Assembly: GCA_965199715.1 (NCBI GenBank)
Contig: OZ241322.1
Location: forward strand, 704,001 to 768,000
Source: Vicinamibacteria bacterium
GTDB taxonomy: Bacteria > Acidobacteriota > Vicinamibacteria > Marinacidobacterales > Marinacidobacteraceae
Direction of reading: 5' to 3'
DNA: 64,000 bases
The position numbers were made by a program, and so were the translations under genes. Under the pieces are notes generated by a model. The model was given only the letters and a program-made list of their open reading frames with translations, did not search any database and was not told where the DNA came from. Within the stretch, counting starts at the first letter, position 1, and each line of letters begins with the position of its first letter. Below are positions 40,742 to 50,920 of this stretch, in pieces.

Positions 40742-40762
40742 TTGAAAACGGATTTCAATATC
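40742..40762. promoter_or_regulatory. Fur-like operator
   Basis: AT-rich dyad TTGAAA-acgga-TTTCAA; minus strand GATATTGAAATCCGTTTTC matches the 19-bp Fur consensus at 13/19; about 30 bp upstream of the iron-binding protein gene. Confidence 0.7.
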
Positions 40763-40800
40763 ATACTATGGAACGCGGCTTGCGTTCGGGACGACGGACC

Positions 40801-41877
40801 ATGACCAACGCCGCGCTGCTTCTCCTCGCGACCCTCGCCCCGCAGATCGAACTCGAGCGGCGCGTCGGCGCCGTCTTCCGGATCGCGAACCCGTCGGTCG
40901 TGAACATCACCGCCCGCAGCCAGGGGTTCAACTGGTTCCAGGGACCGGTCACCCAGGAGGGAACCGGCAGCGGGTTCGTGTTCGACCGCTCGGGACACGT
41001 GGTCACGAACTATCACGTCATCGGCGGCGCCGAGGAGCTGGACGTCTCGTTCGCCGACGGCGAGATCCGCAGCGCGACGCTCGTGGGGGCCGACGCCTCG
41101 AACGACCTCGCGGTGATCCGGGTCGAGGGCGACCCGACCGGCCTCGTCCCGCTCGAGATGGGCGATTCCGAGAGCCTCGAGGTGGGACGGTTCGTCGTGG
41201 CCGTCGGGCATCCCTTCGGGCTGGAGCAGACGCTCACGACCGGCGTGGTGAGCGGCCTCGGGCGGGTCATGGAGAGCCCGGACCAACGCTTCATCGGCGA
41301 GATCATCCAGACCGACGCGGCCATCAACCAGGGGAACTCCGGGGGCCCGCTCCTCGACCTCGACGGGAAGGTGGTCGGCGTGAACAGCGCGATCATCAGC
41401 CCGAGCGGCGCGTCCGCCGGGGTCGGCTTCGCGATCCCCGCCTCCACGGTGAACCGGGTCGTCCCCGAGCTCGTCCGCAACGGGCGCTACTCCCATCCCC
41501 ACCTCGGGGTCTCGTTCGCGGCGATCCGGCCGGCGCTCGCCCGCAGCCTGAATCGGGCCGGCGTGGACGCTCCCGACGACGGCGGCCTGATGATTCGCAG
41601 TCTGGTGCGCGGCGGCCCGGCCGAGGAGGCGGGGCTGCGCGGCGCGGACCGGGTCGGACGGATCGGCCGGTCGCGGTTCCCCTACGGCGGGGACTACGTG
41701 GTCTCGATCGACGGCGTGGAGGTCGCGAGCGAACGCGACCTGATGGTCCTCCTCGAGACCCGCTACCGCGTGGACGACGAGGTGGAGCTCGGCTACTGGC
41801 GGGACGGCGGGGTGCGCACGGCGCGGGTCCGGCTCATGGACCGGGAGGCGATCCGGCGGCGCCCCCGGCGGCGGTAG
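40801..41877 (+). CDS. HtrA/DegS-like S1C serine protease with PDZ domain
   Basis: GTGSGF, VTNYHV, DLAV and TDAAINQGNSGGPL motifs; PDZ GGPAEEAGL. Confidence 0.92.
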   Translation: MTNAALLLLATLAPQIELERRVGAVFRIANPSVVNITARSQGFNWFQGPVTQEGTGSGFVFDRSGHVVTNYHVIGGAEELDVSFADGEIRSATLVGADASNDLAVIRVEGDPTGLVPLEMGDSESLEVGRFVVAVGHPFGLEQTLTTGVVSGLGRVMESPDQRFIGEIIQTDAAINQGNSGGPLLDLDGKVVGVNSAIISPSGASAGVGFAIPASTVNRVVPELVRNGRYSHPHLGVSFAAIRPALARSLNRAGVDAPDDGGLMIRSLVRGGPAEEAGLRGADRVGRIGRSRFPYGGDYVVSIDGVEVASERDLMVLLETRYRVDDEVELGYWRDGGVRTARVRLMDREAIRRRPRRR

Positions 41878-43597
41878 CGGCGGGCCGGAGGAGCAGCGCG
41901 ACCGCGAGACCCGATCCGGCGGCGACGGCCGCGCAGCCGGCGATCCACGGCGCTCCCCAGCCGAACAGCACCGCCGCGGTGCCGAAGAGCGCCGCATAGA
42001 CCATCGCGCAGGCGAGCGGCCAAGCGGCGAAGGCCCGCGCCCAGGCGTCCTTCGCTGGGTAGGCGTGGGGCCACAGCGCCTTCGGCGGGCGGATGCGGCG
42101 GGCGAAGGCGTCGAGCGTCGTCCGGGGTTCGGGCCGGGTGAGCCAGGTGGCCGCGAGCCAGATCGCGGTCGTGGTCGCCACGCCGGCGATCAGGCCGACC
42201 TCGGAGCCGGGAGCGAACCCGAACAGCGGCAGCGCGGCCGCGACGACGAGCGAACCGATCATCGCGGCGACCTCGCTCCAGGCGTTCACGCGCCACCACA
42301 TCCAGCGCAGCAGGAAGAGCGGCCCCGTCCCCGCCCCGATCTGGAGCAGCAGGCCGAAGCCGCCCCGCGCCGTATCCACGGTGAGGGTGAGGATTCCGGC
42401 GGCCGCCATGAGCCCGACGGTCACGACGCGCGCCGCGAGCACCAGCTCGCGCCGCCCGGCGCGCGGGCGCAGGAAGCGCCGGTACACGTCCTCGACGACG
42501 TACGACGCGCCCCAGTTCAGGTGGGTATCCACGGTGGACATGTAGGCCCCGACGAGCGAGGCCGCGGCGAACCCGAGCAGGCCCGGCGGGAGCAGCCGCA
42601 GCATCAGCGGATAGGCGAGGTCGTCGCCGACGAGCTCCGGGTCGAGGCCGGGCAGCGCCGCCTGCAGCGACTCGGCGGTCGGATACACCGCGAGCGACGC
42701 CAGCGCGACGAGCACCCACGGCCACGGCCGCAGCGCGTAGTGGGCCACGGTGAACCAGAGCGTTCCGGCGACCGCGTCGCGCTCGCTGCGCGCCGCCAGC
42801 ATCCGCTGGGCGACGTAGCCGCCGCCTCCTGGCTCCGCGCCCGGGTACCAGACGCTCCACCACTGGAGCGCGACCGGGATGAGGAACAGGACGAGGAACG
42901 CCGACGTGCCCGGCGTCGGCACAAGGTCGAGCCGATCCCCGTAGATCGCCGTGATCCCGGCGAGCCCGCCGACGGCCGGATGGTCGAGGGCCCAGACCGC
43001 GGCGAGGATCGCACCGGCGAGGGACACGAAGAACTGGAGGAGGTCGGTGAGCACGACTCCCCAGAACCCGGAGACGACCGCGTAGGCGGCGGCGAGCGCT
43101 CCCGCGATCAGGACTCCGGTGACCTTCTCCAGCCCGAACAGGACCCCGGCGATCTTGGCCCCCGCGAGCGTCACGGTGGCGATCACTACGCAGTTGAAGA
43201 AGACCCCCAGATACACGGCCCGGAACGCCCGGAGGAACGCCGCCGGCCGCCCCGAGTACCGAATCTCGTAGAAGCCGAGATCGGTCACGAGCCCGCTGCG
43301 GCGCCACAGCGGGGCGAAGACGAAGACAGTGAGCATCCCGGTGATGCAAAACGCCCACCAGGTCCAGTTGGCGGAGACCCCGTTCTGGCGCACCAGCTCG
43401 GCGACGAGGTTCGGCGTGTCGGTGGAGAACGTGGTCGCCACCATCGACGTGCCGAGCGCCCACCACGGGAGCCGCCTTCCGGCGAGGAAGAAGGATTCGC
43501 TGTCCGAGCCCGCCGTCCGGGCCACCGCGAGGCCGATCGCGAGCGCGACGAGGAGATACCCGACGAAGAGGACCCAGTCGATCGGGGCGAACGCCAT
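41834..43597 (-). CDS. Sodium:solute symporter family protein
   Basis: FFLAGRRLPWW, SMVATTF, QRMLAA and AYMST motifs; multiple TM segments. Confidence 0.9.
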   Translation of the reverse strand: MAFAPIDWVLFVGYLLVALAIGLAVARTAGSDSESFFLAGRRLPWWALGTSMVATTFSTDTPNLVAELVRQNGVSANWTWWAFCITGMLTVFVFAPLWRRSGLVTDLGFYEIRYSGRPAAFLRAFRAVYLGVFFNCVVIATVTLAGAKIAGVLFGLEKVTGVLIAGALAAAYAVVSGFWGVVLTDLLQFFVSLAGAILAAVWALDHPAVGGLAGITAIYGDRLDLVPTPGTSAFLVLFLIPVALQWWSVWYPGAEPGGGGYVAQRMLAARSERDAVAGTLWFTVAHYALRPWPWVLVALASLAVYPTAESLQAALPGLDPELVGDDLAYPLMLRLLPPGLLGFAAASLVGAYMSTVDTHLNWGASYVVEDVYRRFLRPRAGRRELVLAARVVTVGLMAAAGILTLTVDTARGGFGLLLQIGAGTGPLFLLRWMWWRVNAWSEVAAMIGSLVVAAALPLFGFAPGSEVGLIAGVATTTAIWLAATWLTRPEPRTTLDAFARRIRPPKALWPHAYPAKDAWARAFAAWPLACAMVYAALFGTAAVLFGWGAPWIAGCAAVAAGSGLAVALLLRPAATAAGGAAGSPPGP

Positions 43598-43642
43598 GGT
43601 CCGGGGTTATAGCCGACGCCGCTCGCTCCTAGACTTCCTGAC

Positions 43643-44497
43643 GTGCGCGTCCTGCTCGTCGCGGCGGTCCTCGCCGCCCCGCCCGCCGAGGAGGGGCTCG
43701 TGCGGATCGGCGGCCAGGCGGCGGCGGAGTCGCTTCTGGAGCAGGTGCTGGAGCGGCGCGCCGTCGTGCGCGAGGCCGAGGGCGGGCTGACGTTCCGCCA
43801 GCTCATCACCACCGAGCGCCTGAACGACGAGGAAGAGGTCACGGCGACCGTGAATCGGCTCTACCGCTACGACCCGGTGGCGGGCCGGCATCTCTGGAAG
43901 CTGCTCGAGCACGACGGCGAACCCATCGCCGGACGCCGGCTGCGGCGGGAGGAGCGCCGCTACCGCAAGGCCGTGACCGCCGCGTTCCGGGAGGCCGAGG
44001 AGGATCGCCGGGCGATCGAGGAGGGCGACCCGGACTACGAGGTCGCTCCCAAGAATGGCATGGACCTCTTCTACAAGATCATCCGCGACGCGATCGAGGA
44101 GCGCATGTTCCTCGGGGATCTCTACTCGGGCGCTACGTTCGAGGGGCACGAGGTCCAGATCGTGCGTTTCCGTCCCGATCCGGCCTACGGAAGGGCGCCG
44201 AACCGCATGATGGGGGTCGTGTCCGGCTGCGAGGGCGAGCTCTGGGTGGACGTCGAGAACCTCCAGGTCGCCCGGCTGGAAGCGGCGCTGACCCGGAACG
44301 TGAACTTCATCGCCGGGCTCTTCGGCCGGCTCCACAAGGGCACGAGCGCGAGCGTCCAGAGCGGATTCACCGGGTCGATGTGGCTTCCGACCCGGGTCAC
44401 GATGACGGTGAACGCGCGGATGTACTTCTTCCGCCGGATCCACCAGCGGGTGCACTACGACTTCCTCGAATTCGCCGAGGCCGAGTCGCCGCAGTGA
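43643..44497 (+). CDS. Exported hypothetical protein (beta-rich, outer-membrane lipoprotein-sorting-like)
   Basis: Signal-like N-terminus; GELWVD...VARLEA and WLPT beta motifs; first gene of an overlapping operon. Confidence 0.55.
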   Translation: MRVLLVAAVLAAPPAEEGLVRIGGQAAAESLLEQVLERRAVVREAEGGLTFRQLITTERLNDEEEVTATVNRLYRYDPVAGRHLWKLLEHDGEPIAGRRLRREERRYRKAVTAAFREAEEDRRAIEEGDPDYEVAPKNGMDLFYKIIRDAIEERMFLGDLYSGATFEGHEVQIVRFRPDPAYGRAPNRMMGVVSGCEGELWVDVENLQVARLEAALTRNVNFIAGLFGRLHKGTSASVQSGFTGSMWLPTRVTMTVNARMYFFRRIHQRVHYDFLEFAEAESPQ

Positions 44498-45225
44498 TCC
44501 TCGAGGGCGTCGAGGGCCTCCCCGAAGTCGAGCCCGGATGCGACCTTCCGGGCCTCGTCCTGGGGACGCTGGACCGCCGCCTCGAGCCCGGCGACGTCGT
44601 CGTGATCTGCCAGAAGGCGGTCTCCAAGGCGGAGGGCCGAATCGTGCGGCTGGACGACGTGAGGCCGGGGGACGAGGCGCGGGATCTCGCCCGGAGGTCC
44701 GGGGCGGACCCCCGCGAGATCGAGGTCGTCTTCGGGGAATCCGCCCGGATGGTCCGGGCGCGCGGCGACGTCCTGATCGCGGAGACGGCCCACGGGTTCG
44801 TCTGCGCGAACGCCGGCGTGGATCGGTCGAACGCGCCCCCGGGAACGCTGTGCCTGCTGCCGCTCGACCCGGACGCCTCGGCGCGCCGGATCGCGGCCCG
44901 GTTCCGGGCGGCCGGCCAGCCCGTCGGAGTCGTCGTCACCGACACCTGGGGCCGGCCGTTTCGCCTCGGCGCGGTGGACGTGGCGATCGGGGTGGCCGGC
45001 CTGCCCGCGCTCCTCGACTACCGGGGCCGGCGCGACGCCGCCGGGCGCGAGCTGCGCTCCACTGCGGTCGCGGTCGCCGACGCGATCGCGGCCGCCGCCG
45101 GACTGCTCATGGGGAAGCTGCGGCGCGTTCCGGTCGTGGTCGCGCGCGGCTGCCCGCTTCCCGACACGCCAGCCGGAAGCGCTCGGGACCTGCTGCGGGA
45201 CCGCCGCAAGGATCTCTTTCGGTGA
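44494..45225 (+). CDS. cofE: Coenzyme F420-0:L-glutamate ligase
   Basis: GLPEVEPG, QKAVSKAEGR, ANAGVDRSN and DTWGRPFR motifs. Confidence 0.9.
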   Translation: MILEGVEGLPEVEPGCDLPGLVLGTLDRRLEPGDVVVICQKAVSKAEGRIVRLDDVRPGDEARDLARRSGADPREIEVVFGESARMVRARGDVLIAETAHGFVCANAGVDRSNAPPGTLCLLPLDPDASARRIAARFRAAGQPVGVVVTDTWGRPFRLGAVDVAIGVAGLPALLDYRGRRDAAGRELRSTAVAVADAIAAAAGLLMGKLRRVPVVVARGCPLPDTPAGSARDLLRDRRKDLFR

Positions 45226-45815
45226 TCGCGATCCTCGGAGGGACCGGCCCCTTCGGCCGGGCGCTCGCGAAGCGGTTCGTCGCCGCCGGGATCGGGACGG
45301 CCGTCGGATCCCGCAGCGCCGAGCGCGCCCGCGCCGTCGGCTTCGGAGCCCGGGGCATGACGAACGCGGACGCCGCGCGGGCGGGAGACCCGGTCTTCCT
45401 CGCCGTGCCGTTCTCGGCGCAGGACGCGCTTCTCGCCGAAGTCGGGCCGCTTCTCGAAGGCAAGCTCGTGATCGCCTGCGGCGTGATCTGGCCGCCCGGC
45501 TCCCGCCCGGAGACGTCCGCCGCCGAGGAGGCCGCCCGGCTGCTCCCGGAGTCCCGCGTCGCCGCCGCGTTCCAGACGGTCGCCGCGGCGGAACTGGCCG
45601 AGGGCGGGGCCGAGGCCGACGCGCTCGTCTTCGCCGATCGCGAGGCCGACCGCGTCGAGGCGGCGCGGATCGCCGCCGCCGCCGGCCTCCGCGCCCTCCC
45701 GGTCGGGCCGCTGCGGCTCGTGCGGGCGGCCGAGGCCTCGCTCGGAATCCTGCTGCGGCTGAACCGATCCGGGATCGCCCGGCGCGCCGGCCTCCGGATC
45801 ACCGGACTGAAATGA
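45222..45815 (+). CDS. npdG: NADPH-dependent F420 reductase
   Basis: ILGGTGPFGRALA, GSRSAERA, FLAVPF and SAAEE...AAAFQTV motifs; follows cofE. Confidence 0.8.
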   Translation: MIAILGGTGPFGRALAKRFVAAGIGTAVGSRSAERARAVGFGARGMTNADAARAGDPVFLAVPFSAQDALLAEVGPLLEGKLVIACGVIWPPGSRPETSAAEEAARLLPESRVAAAFQTVAAAELAEGGAEADALVFADREADRVEAARIAAAAGLRALPVGPLRLVRAAEASLGILLRLNRSGIARRAGLRITGLK

Positions 45816-46813
45816 CGCGCCGCTTCTGGTTGCGGGCGCTCCCGTGCGCCGGCACGGCCGGGGTCCTGTTCCTCGTCTTCCGCCGGGTCCCGCCGGAACG
45901 GCTGCTCGCGGCCTTCGGCGAGGCCGACCCGGTCCGCTTCCTCGTCGGCCTCGTTCCGGTCTCGATCGCCTACGTCGCCCTCGACTCGGGACTGATGGCG
46001 CAGGTGACGCGCCGCTTCCACCCGCCCGGCCTCGACTGGCGCGACGCCCTGCGGATGCGGGCGGTGGACTACCTGGTGACGCTGTGGAACGGACGCGCGT
46101 CGCAGGCGGCGATCGCGGCGTGGCTCGGCCGCCGCCTCCGAATCGCCCCCGAGCCCGACGGCTCGTGGCTCGAGGCCGCGGGCACGATCCTGTTCCTCGA
46201 CGTCTGCCAGCGCAGCCACCTGCTGCTGTGGGGCCTCGTCGGTTCGCTCGCGCTGTGGGGCGCGGCCCCCCGGCAGGTTCCGGTCGCCGCCGCGATCTCG
46301 CTCGCGGGCGTGGGACTCCTGATCGCGTTCCTGCGCGGACGGCTGCGGCGGGTCCGGCTCGGACCGCCGCGCTGGCGGCTGCTGCGCACGCTGCGCTCGG
46401 CCCGGCTCGCCGACTACGGGCGGGCGCTCCTGTGGAAGGCGCCGCTCATCCTGATCGCGGCGACCGGACACCAGATCGCGCTCGAGGCGTTCTCGGTTTC
46501 GATCCCGTGGACCGGCCTGCTCGCCACGCTTCCGATCATCTTCCTCGCCGGCGCGCTGCCGATCACGGTGGCGCGGATCGGCACCGCCCAGGCGGCGTGG
46601 CTCTACTTCCACGGGGAGGCGGCGGCCGCTTCGGCGGGAGGCGAAGCGGGGCTTCTCGGCTACAGCCTCGCCGCCCACCTCACCTTTCTGCTGCTGAACG
46701 CCGCGATCACCGCGCCCGCCCTGCCGGGCGCTTGGTCCTCGCTGCGCCTTGGCGCTGTTGACGGAGCTTCCGGGAGGTCCGTATCATCATCGACGGGATC
46801 CGTGTCGCCGTGA
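45812..46813 (+). CDS. Lysylphosphatidylglycerol-synthase TM-domain / flippase-like membrane protein
   Basis: Multi-TM protein with an LPITVARIGT motif near the C-terminus. Confidence 0.6.
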   Translation: MTRRFWLRALPCAGTAGVLFLVFRRVPPERLLAAFGEADPVRFLVGLVPVSIAYVALDSGLMAQVTRRFHPPGLDWRDALRMRAVDYLVTLWNGRASQAAIAAWLGRRLRIAPEPDGSWLEAAGTILFLDVCQRSHLLLWGLVGSLALWGAAPRQVPVAAAISLAGVGLLIAFLRGRLRRVRLGPPRWRLLRTLRSARLADYGRALLWKAPLILIAATGHQIALEAFSVSIPWTGLLATLPIIFLAGALPITVARIGTAQAAWLYFHGEAAAASAGGEAGLLGYSLAAHLTFLLLNAAITAPALPGAWSSLRLGAVDGASGRSVSSSTGSVSP

Positions 46814-48702
46814 GTAAGAGCCTCCTGTTCCTTGCGTGCGCGCTGGGCGCCGCGACGGCGGCGGCGCAGCCGCAGGATCCGCACGACGAGCGCGATCGTC
46901 GGGCGGACGCCGCGCACCGGGACGCGGCCGCCGGGCTGACCGCCGCCGAGAAGGCCCGCGAGGCCATCCGCGCCGCCGAACGGCTTCCGGAGGGCGCGGC
47001 CGCGAGCTCCGCGCCGTTCGTCGCGCGGACCGTCGTGGACGAGATCCTCGCCGCCCAGTGGGACGAGCGGGGGATCCCGCGCGCGCCCCGGTCCGCCGAC
47101 GAGGTCTTCCTCCGCCGCGCCACGCTCGACGCCACCGGCCTCGTGCCGACCGCCGACGACATCCGCCGGTTCCTCGACGACCCGTCCCCGGACAAGCGGG
47201 AGCGGCTCATCGACGAGCTCGTCGGCACCGAGGAGTTCGCCGAGCAGTGGGCGTGGTTCTTCGGCGACCTGTTCCGGCTGGCGAGCCAGGTGGGGCCGGT
47301 CCAGCACCCGTTCCAGAGCTGGATCAAGGAGTGGCTGGTCACCGACCGCCCCTACGACGAGTTCGTCCAGGACATGCTGACCGGAGTCGCGAAGGCGCAC
47401 GGCAGCGTGCCGTCGCTGACGCTGCTGGCCCGGTCGCACCAGGCCAAGAGCCGGATCGTGATGAGCCCCGACGACTACTCGATCCACAACCGGCTGGACG
47501 CGCTCGACCAGTTCAACGTGGACGTGTCGCGGGCCTTCCTCGGGATCAACACCTCGTGCGTGTCCTGCCACGACGGCGCGGACCACCTCGAGCCGCTGAA
47601 CCAGTGGCTCTCGGAACGCACCCGCGAGGAGTTCTACCGCCAGTCGGCGTTCCTCGGGAACGCCCGGCTCATCACGACGTGGGACGACCGCAGCAAGAAC
47701 GTCGTGGTCGATCTGCTCGTGGACGACCTCGCGAAGGGTTACGACACCGGGGACGACGCGCCGTACCACACTCTCTCCGAGGGGCGCTTCCCCCGGCTCG
47801 AGGGGCTCGCGTGGGAGCCGGCGTTCATGCTCACCGGCGAAACGCCAAGGCCCGGCGAGAATCCCCGCGACGCGTTCGCGCGGATGCTCACGAGCCACCG
47901 CCAGTTCGCCCGCGCCACGGTGAACCTCGTCTGGGGCAAGCTGATGACGGTCGCGTTCGTCGAGCCGTACAACGCCTTCGACCTCGCCCGGATGGACCGC
48001 CTCCCCGAGGGAGAGGAGGACCCGCTTCCGCCGCGCCCGACGAATCCCGAGCTGCTCGAGGCCCTCGCCGAGGAGTTCGAGGCGAGCGGCTACAGCTTCT
48101 GGAGTCTCGTCAAGACCGTCATGAAATCCGAGGCGTACGGTCTTTCGGCCCGCTTCCCCGGCGAGTGGGACGACGACTGGACCGGCTTCTACCCGAGGCG
48201 CTTCGTCCGAGTGCTGACCGGGCCGGAGCTCGTGGACTCGCTCACCCGCGCCACCGGCGCTCCCGCCGAGTTCAACTTCCGCGGGATCAAGGTCAGCCGG
48301 GTCAAGGAGCTCACCACGCCCCGCGATCTCGGCGGGCGGCGGGGAACCGGCGAGGGCGCGGAGATCGACGCGCTGCTCCAGAGCTTCTTCCAGAGCAACC
48401 GGATGACCCCGGCGCCGGTCGGCAACCGCGGGTCCATCCTGCAGGCGCTCCTGATGATGCAGTCGGGCGTGGTCAACCGGCGCGTGACGAGCGAGTCCGG
48501 CACCCGGGTCGCCGAACTCGTGGAAGCCGATATCGACCACGCCGAAGTCGTCGAGGAGCTCTTTCTTGCGACGCTCGGCCGATTTCCCACGGCGGCCGAA
48601 CTGGACCTGGCCCGGGAGACGCTCGGGGCCGAAGTCGCCGAGGGCGCCGAAAACCTCCAGTGGGCGCTTCTCAACTCGCCCGAGTTCCTCCTGAACCACT
48701 GA
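46810..48702 (+). CDS. DUF1549/DUF1553 (PSD1-type) protein
   Basis: FLRRATLDATG, DKRERLIDEL, CVSCHD, NPELLEALA and WALLNSPEFL motifs. Confidence 0.88.
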   Translation: MSKSLLFLACALGAATAAAQPQDPHDERDRRADAAHRDAAAGLTAAEKAREAIRAAERLPEGAAASSAPFVARTVVDEILAAQWDERGIPRAPRSADEVFLRRATLDATGLVPTADDIRRFLDDPSPDKRERLIDELVGTEEFAEQWAWFFGDLFRLASQVGPVQHPFQSWIKEWLVTDRPYDEFVQDMLTGVAKAHGSVPSLTLLARSHQAKSRIVMSPDDYSIHNRLDALDQFNVDVSRAFLGINTSCVSCHDGADHLEPLNQWLSERTREEFYRQSAFLGNARLITTWDDRSKNVVVDLLVDDLAKGYDTGDDAPYHTLSEGRFPRLEGLAWEPAFMLTGETPRPGENPRDAFARMLTSHRQFARATVNLVWGKLMTVAFVEPYNAFDLARMDRLPEGEEDPLPPRPTNPELLEALAEEFEASGYSFWSLVKTVMKSEAYGLSARFPGEWDDDWTGFYPRRFVRVLTGPELVDSLTRATGAPAEFNFRGIKVSRVKELTTPRDLGGRRGTGEGAEIDALLQSFFQSNRMTPAPVGNRGSILQALLMMQSGVVNRRVTSESGTRVAELVEADIDHAEVVEELFLATLGRFPTAAELDLARETLGAEVAEGAENLQWALLNSPEFLLNH

Positions 48703-48703
48703 C

Positions 48704-50110
48704 ATGAAGAAACCCCGGATCGCCGACGCGCTTCCGGCGCGACGCGACGTCCTCCGCTACGGCGGCCTCGCGCTCGCCGGGACGGTCGCGGGCCAGGCGG
48801 TCTGGCCGCTGCGCGCCTACGCGAACGGGGCCGCGACCCCGAGGCGGACGGCGCGGTACTGCATCTTCGTCGAGATGGGCGGCGCGATCAGCCCGATGGA
48901 CACCTGGGACTTCAAGCAGACCCGCTGGACCCCGCCGGATCTGGACATGGTCCAACTGAGCGACGAGGTCTCGCTCTCCCGGACGCTGTTTCCCCAGCTC
49001 GTCCATCGCATGGACGAGGTCGCGCTCGTGCGCTCGATGCGCGCTCCGGAGCTGATCCACTTCAACGGGCAGTACCACACGCAGACCGGGCGAGTGCTGA
49101 ACGTGGCCCTCGCCCGCGAGATCCCGGCGTTCGGGAGCGTGATCGCCGCCGAGCTGGACCGGGAGCGGCGCGAGCGCGACACCTTCCCGACCTACGTCAG
49201 CACCTACCTGACGCGGGCGCGCGCCGGCTCGATCGGCGCCGGGTTCCTGCCGACGCGCTTTTCCGGGCTCGACCTCGACCCGACCACGGTGTTCGACGCG
49301 TTCGGCGGGAACGTGGACGGAAGCCTCAAGGTGCTCGAAGAGCGCTTCCGGCTGCTCGGCCAGCTCGCCGAGATCTCGGCGCCCGAGCGCGCGTCGCTGG
49401 GCCGCCGGGCGTCCGACTACCGCGACTACTACCGGTCGGCCTACGCGCTGCTCACCGACCCCCGCTGGCCGCAGTTGTTCCGGGCGACCGGCGACGACCG
49501 GGAGCGCTACGGCGCGGACGAATTCGGGCTCGGTTGCATCCTCGCCCGCAACCTCATCGAGGCCGACGCCGGCACGCGGTTCATCTACATCTACGACGGC
49601 GACAAGTGGGACCACCACGCCGGCATCTTCGACCGCTCGCGCAAGTGGAACCACTACACGACCTGCCCGAGGCTCGACAAGGGATTCGTGGCGCTGCTCG
49701 ACGACCTCGGCGCGATGCCGGGGACCGAGCCCGGAACCACGGCCCTCGACGAGACGCTGATCGTGGTCACGAGCGAGTTCGGGCGCACGCCCGACATGAA
49801 CCCCGTGCTCGGCCGGGACCACTATCGCGAGGCCTACACGACCATGTACGCCGGCGGCGGGGTCCAAGGAGGGCGGGTGCTCGGCAAGACCAACGAGGAC
49901 GGATCCGAGGTCATCGACCCGGGGTGGAGCCATGACGGCCAGCCGTTCATGGACAACACCGTCGCGACGATCTACTCGGCGCTGGGGATCGACTGGCGCA
50001 AGTCGGTCACCAACACCCCCTCGGGGCGGGAGTACCTGTACGTGGACTCCATCGCGCTGGGCGCCTCCGAGATGATGTTCGACGACGAGATCGCCGGAAT
50101 CTTCAAGTAG
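48704..50110 (+). CDS. DUF1501 domain protein with Tat signal
   Basis: RRDVL Tat-like motif; GGAISPMDTWD, WDHH, EFGRTP and GRDHY motifs. Confidence 0.88.
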   Translation: MKKPRIADALPARRDVLRYGGLALAGTVAGQAVWPLRAYANGAATPRRTARYCIFVEMGGAISPMDTWDFKQTRWTPPDLDMVQLSDEVSLSRTLFPQLVHRMDEVALVRSMRAPELIHFNGQYHTQTGRVLNVALAREIPAFGSVIAAELDRERRERDTFPTYVSTYLTRARAGSIGAGFLPTRFSGLDLDPTTVFDAFGGNVDGSLKVLEERFRLLGQLAEISAPERASLGRRASDYRDYYRSAYALLTDPRWPQLFRATGDDRERYGADEFGLGCILARNLIEADAGTRFIYIYDGDKWDHHAGIFDRSRKWNHYTTCPRLDKGFVALLDDLGAMPGTEPGTTALDETLIVVTSEFGRTPDMNPVLGRDHYREAYTTMYAGGGVQGGRVLGKTNEDGSEVIDPGWSHDGQPFMDNTVATIYSALGIDWRKSVTNTPSGREYLYVDSIALGASEMMFDDEIAGIFK

Positions 50111-50116
50111 CGGTCC

Positions 50117-50920
50117 TTGCTGCTCGCGCTCCTGCTGTTCGGGGCGGGAAGCGCCGCGGAACCGCACTGCACCGACGATCGGACCGAGGACATCTGCTGG
50201 ATCGCGGGCGGCGAGTTCTGGATGGGGCGCACGCACCTGTGGCTCATCGACGAGATCGGCTGGCAGACCCGCGACCGGGTGGACGACCGGCCCGTCCACC
50301 GCGTCCACGTGCCCGGTTTCTGGATGGACCGCGCCGAGGTCACCCAGGAGGCGTACCGCCGGTTCGCGCAGGCCACGGGGCGCGCCGAGCCGTTCCACTG
50401 GCGGCAGGGGTTCCCCGAGGAGGCCGCCCGCCGCCCGGCGTACAACGTGACGTGGGAGGACGCGGCGGCGTACTGCGCGTTCCGCGGCAAGCGCCTTCCC
50501 ACCGAGGCCGAGTGGGAGAAGGCCGCCCGGGGCCAGGTTGACGGGGCGCCGTACCCGTGGGGCCTCGAGTTCGCGCCGGACGACGGGGACGGCCCCCCGG
50601 CGCGAGTGGGTCATCCGCACGGCCCGGCCGACGTCGGCTCGTACCCGGCGAACGGATACGGCCTGTTCGACATGATCGGGAACATCGCCGAGTGGGTGGC
50701 CGACAGATACGATCTCGGCTATTACGCGGTGAGTCCGGTCGAGAGTCCCAAGGGGCCGGCCGAGGCTCCCTACCGGGTGTTCCGCGGCGGAAGCTGGGCG
50801 GACGCCGACGAACGCATCACGTCCGTGTTCTATCGGAACTTCACGAGGCCGGACACGACCATCCACAGCATCGGGTTCCGGTGCGCCATGGACCATCCCG
50901 AAGGGGAGACGACACGATGA
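50117..50920 (+). CDS. FGE-sulfatase (SUMF1/EgtB/PvdO) domain protein
   Basis: RLPTEAEWEKAARG, NGYGLFDMIGNIAEW, RGGSW and IGFRC motifs. Confidence 0.88.
   Translation: MLLALLLFGAGSAAEPHCTDDRTEDICWIAGGEFWMGRTHLWLIDEIGWQTRDRVDDRPVHRVHVPGFWMDRAEVTQEAYRRFAQATGRAEPFHWRQGFPEEAARRPAYNVTWEDAAAYCAFRGKRLPTEAEWEKAARGQVDGAPYPWGLEFAPDDGDGPPARVGHPHGPADVGSYPANGYGLFDMIGNIAEWVADRYDLGYYAVSPVESPKGPAEAPYRVFRGGSWADADERITSVFYRNFTRPDTTIHSIGFRCAMDHPEGETTR

Noticed and set aside
41834-41877. 44-bp convergent overlap of the protease and symporter 3' ends
   Set aside because: Common in high-GC genomes; no sign of function
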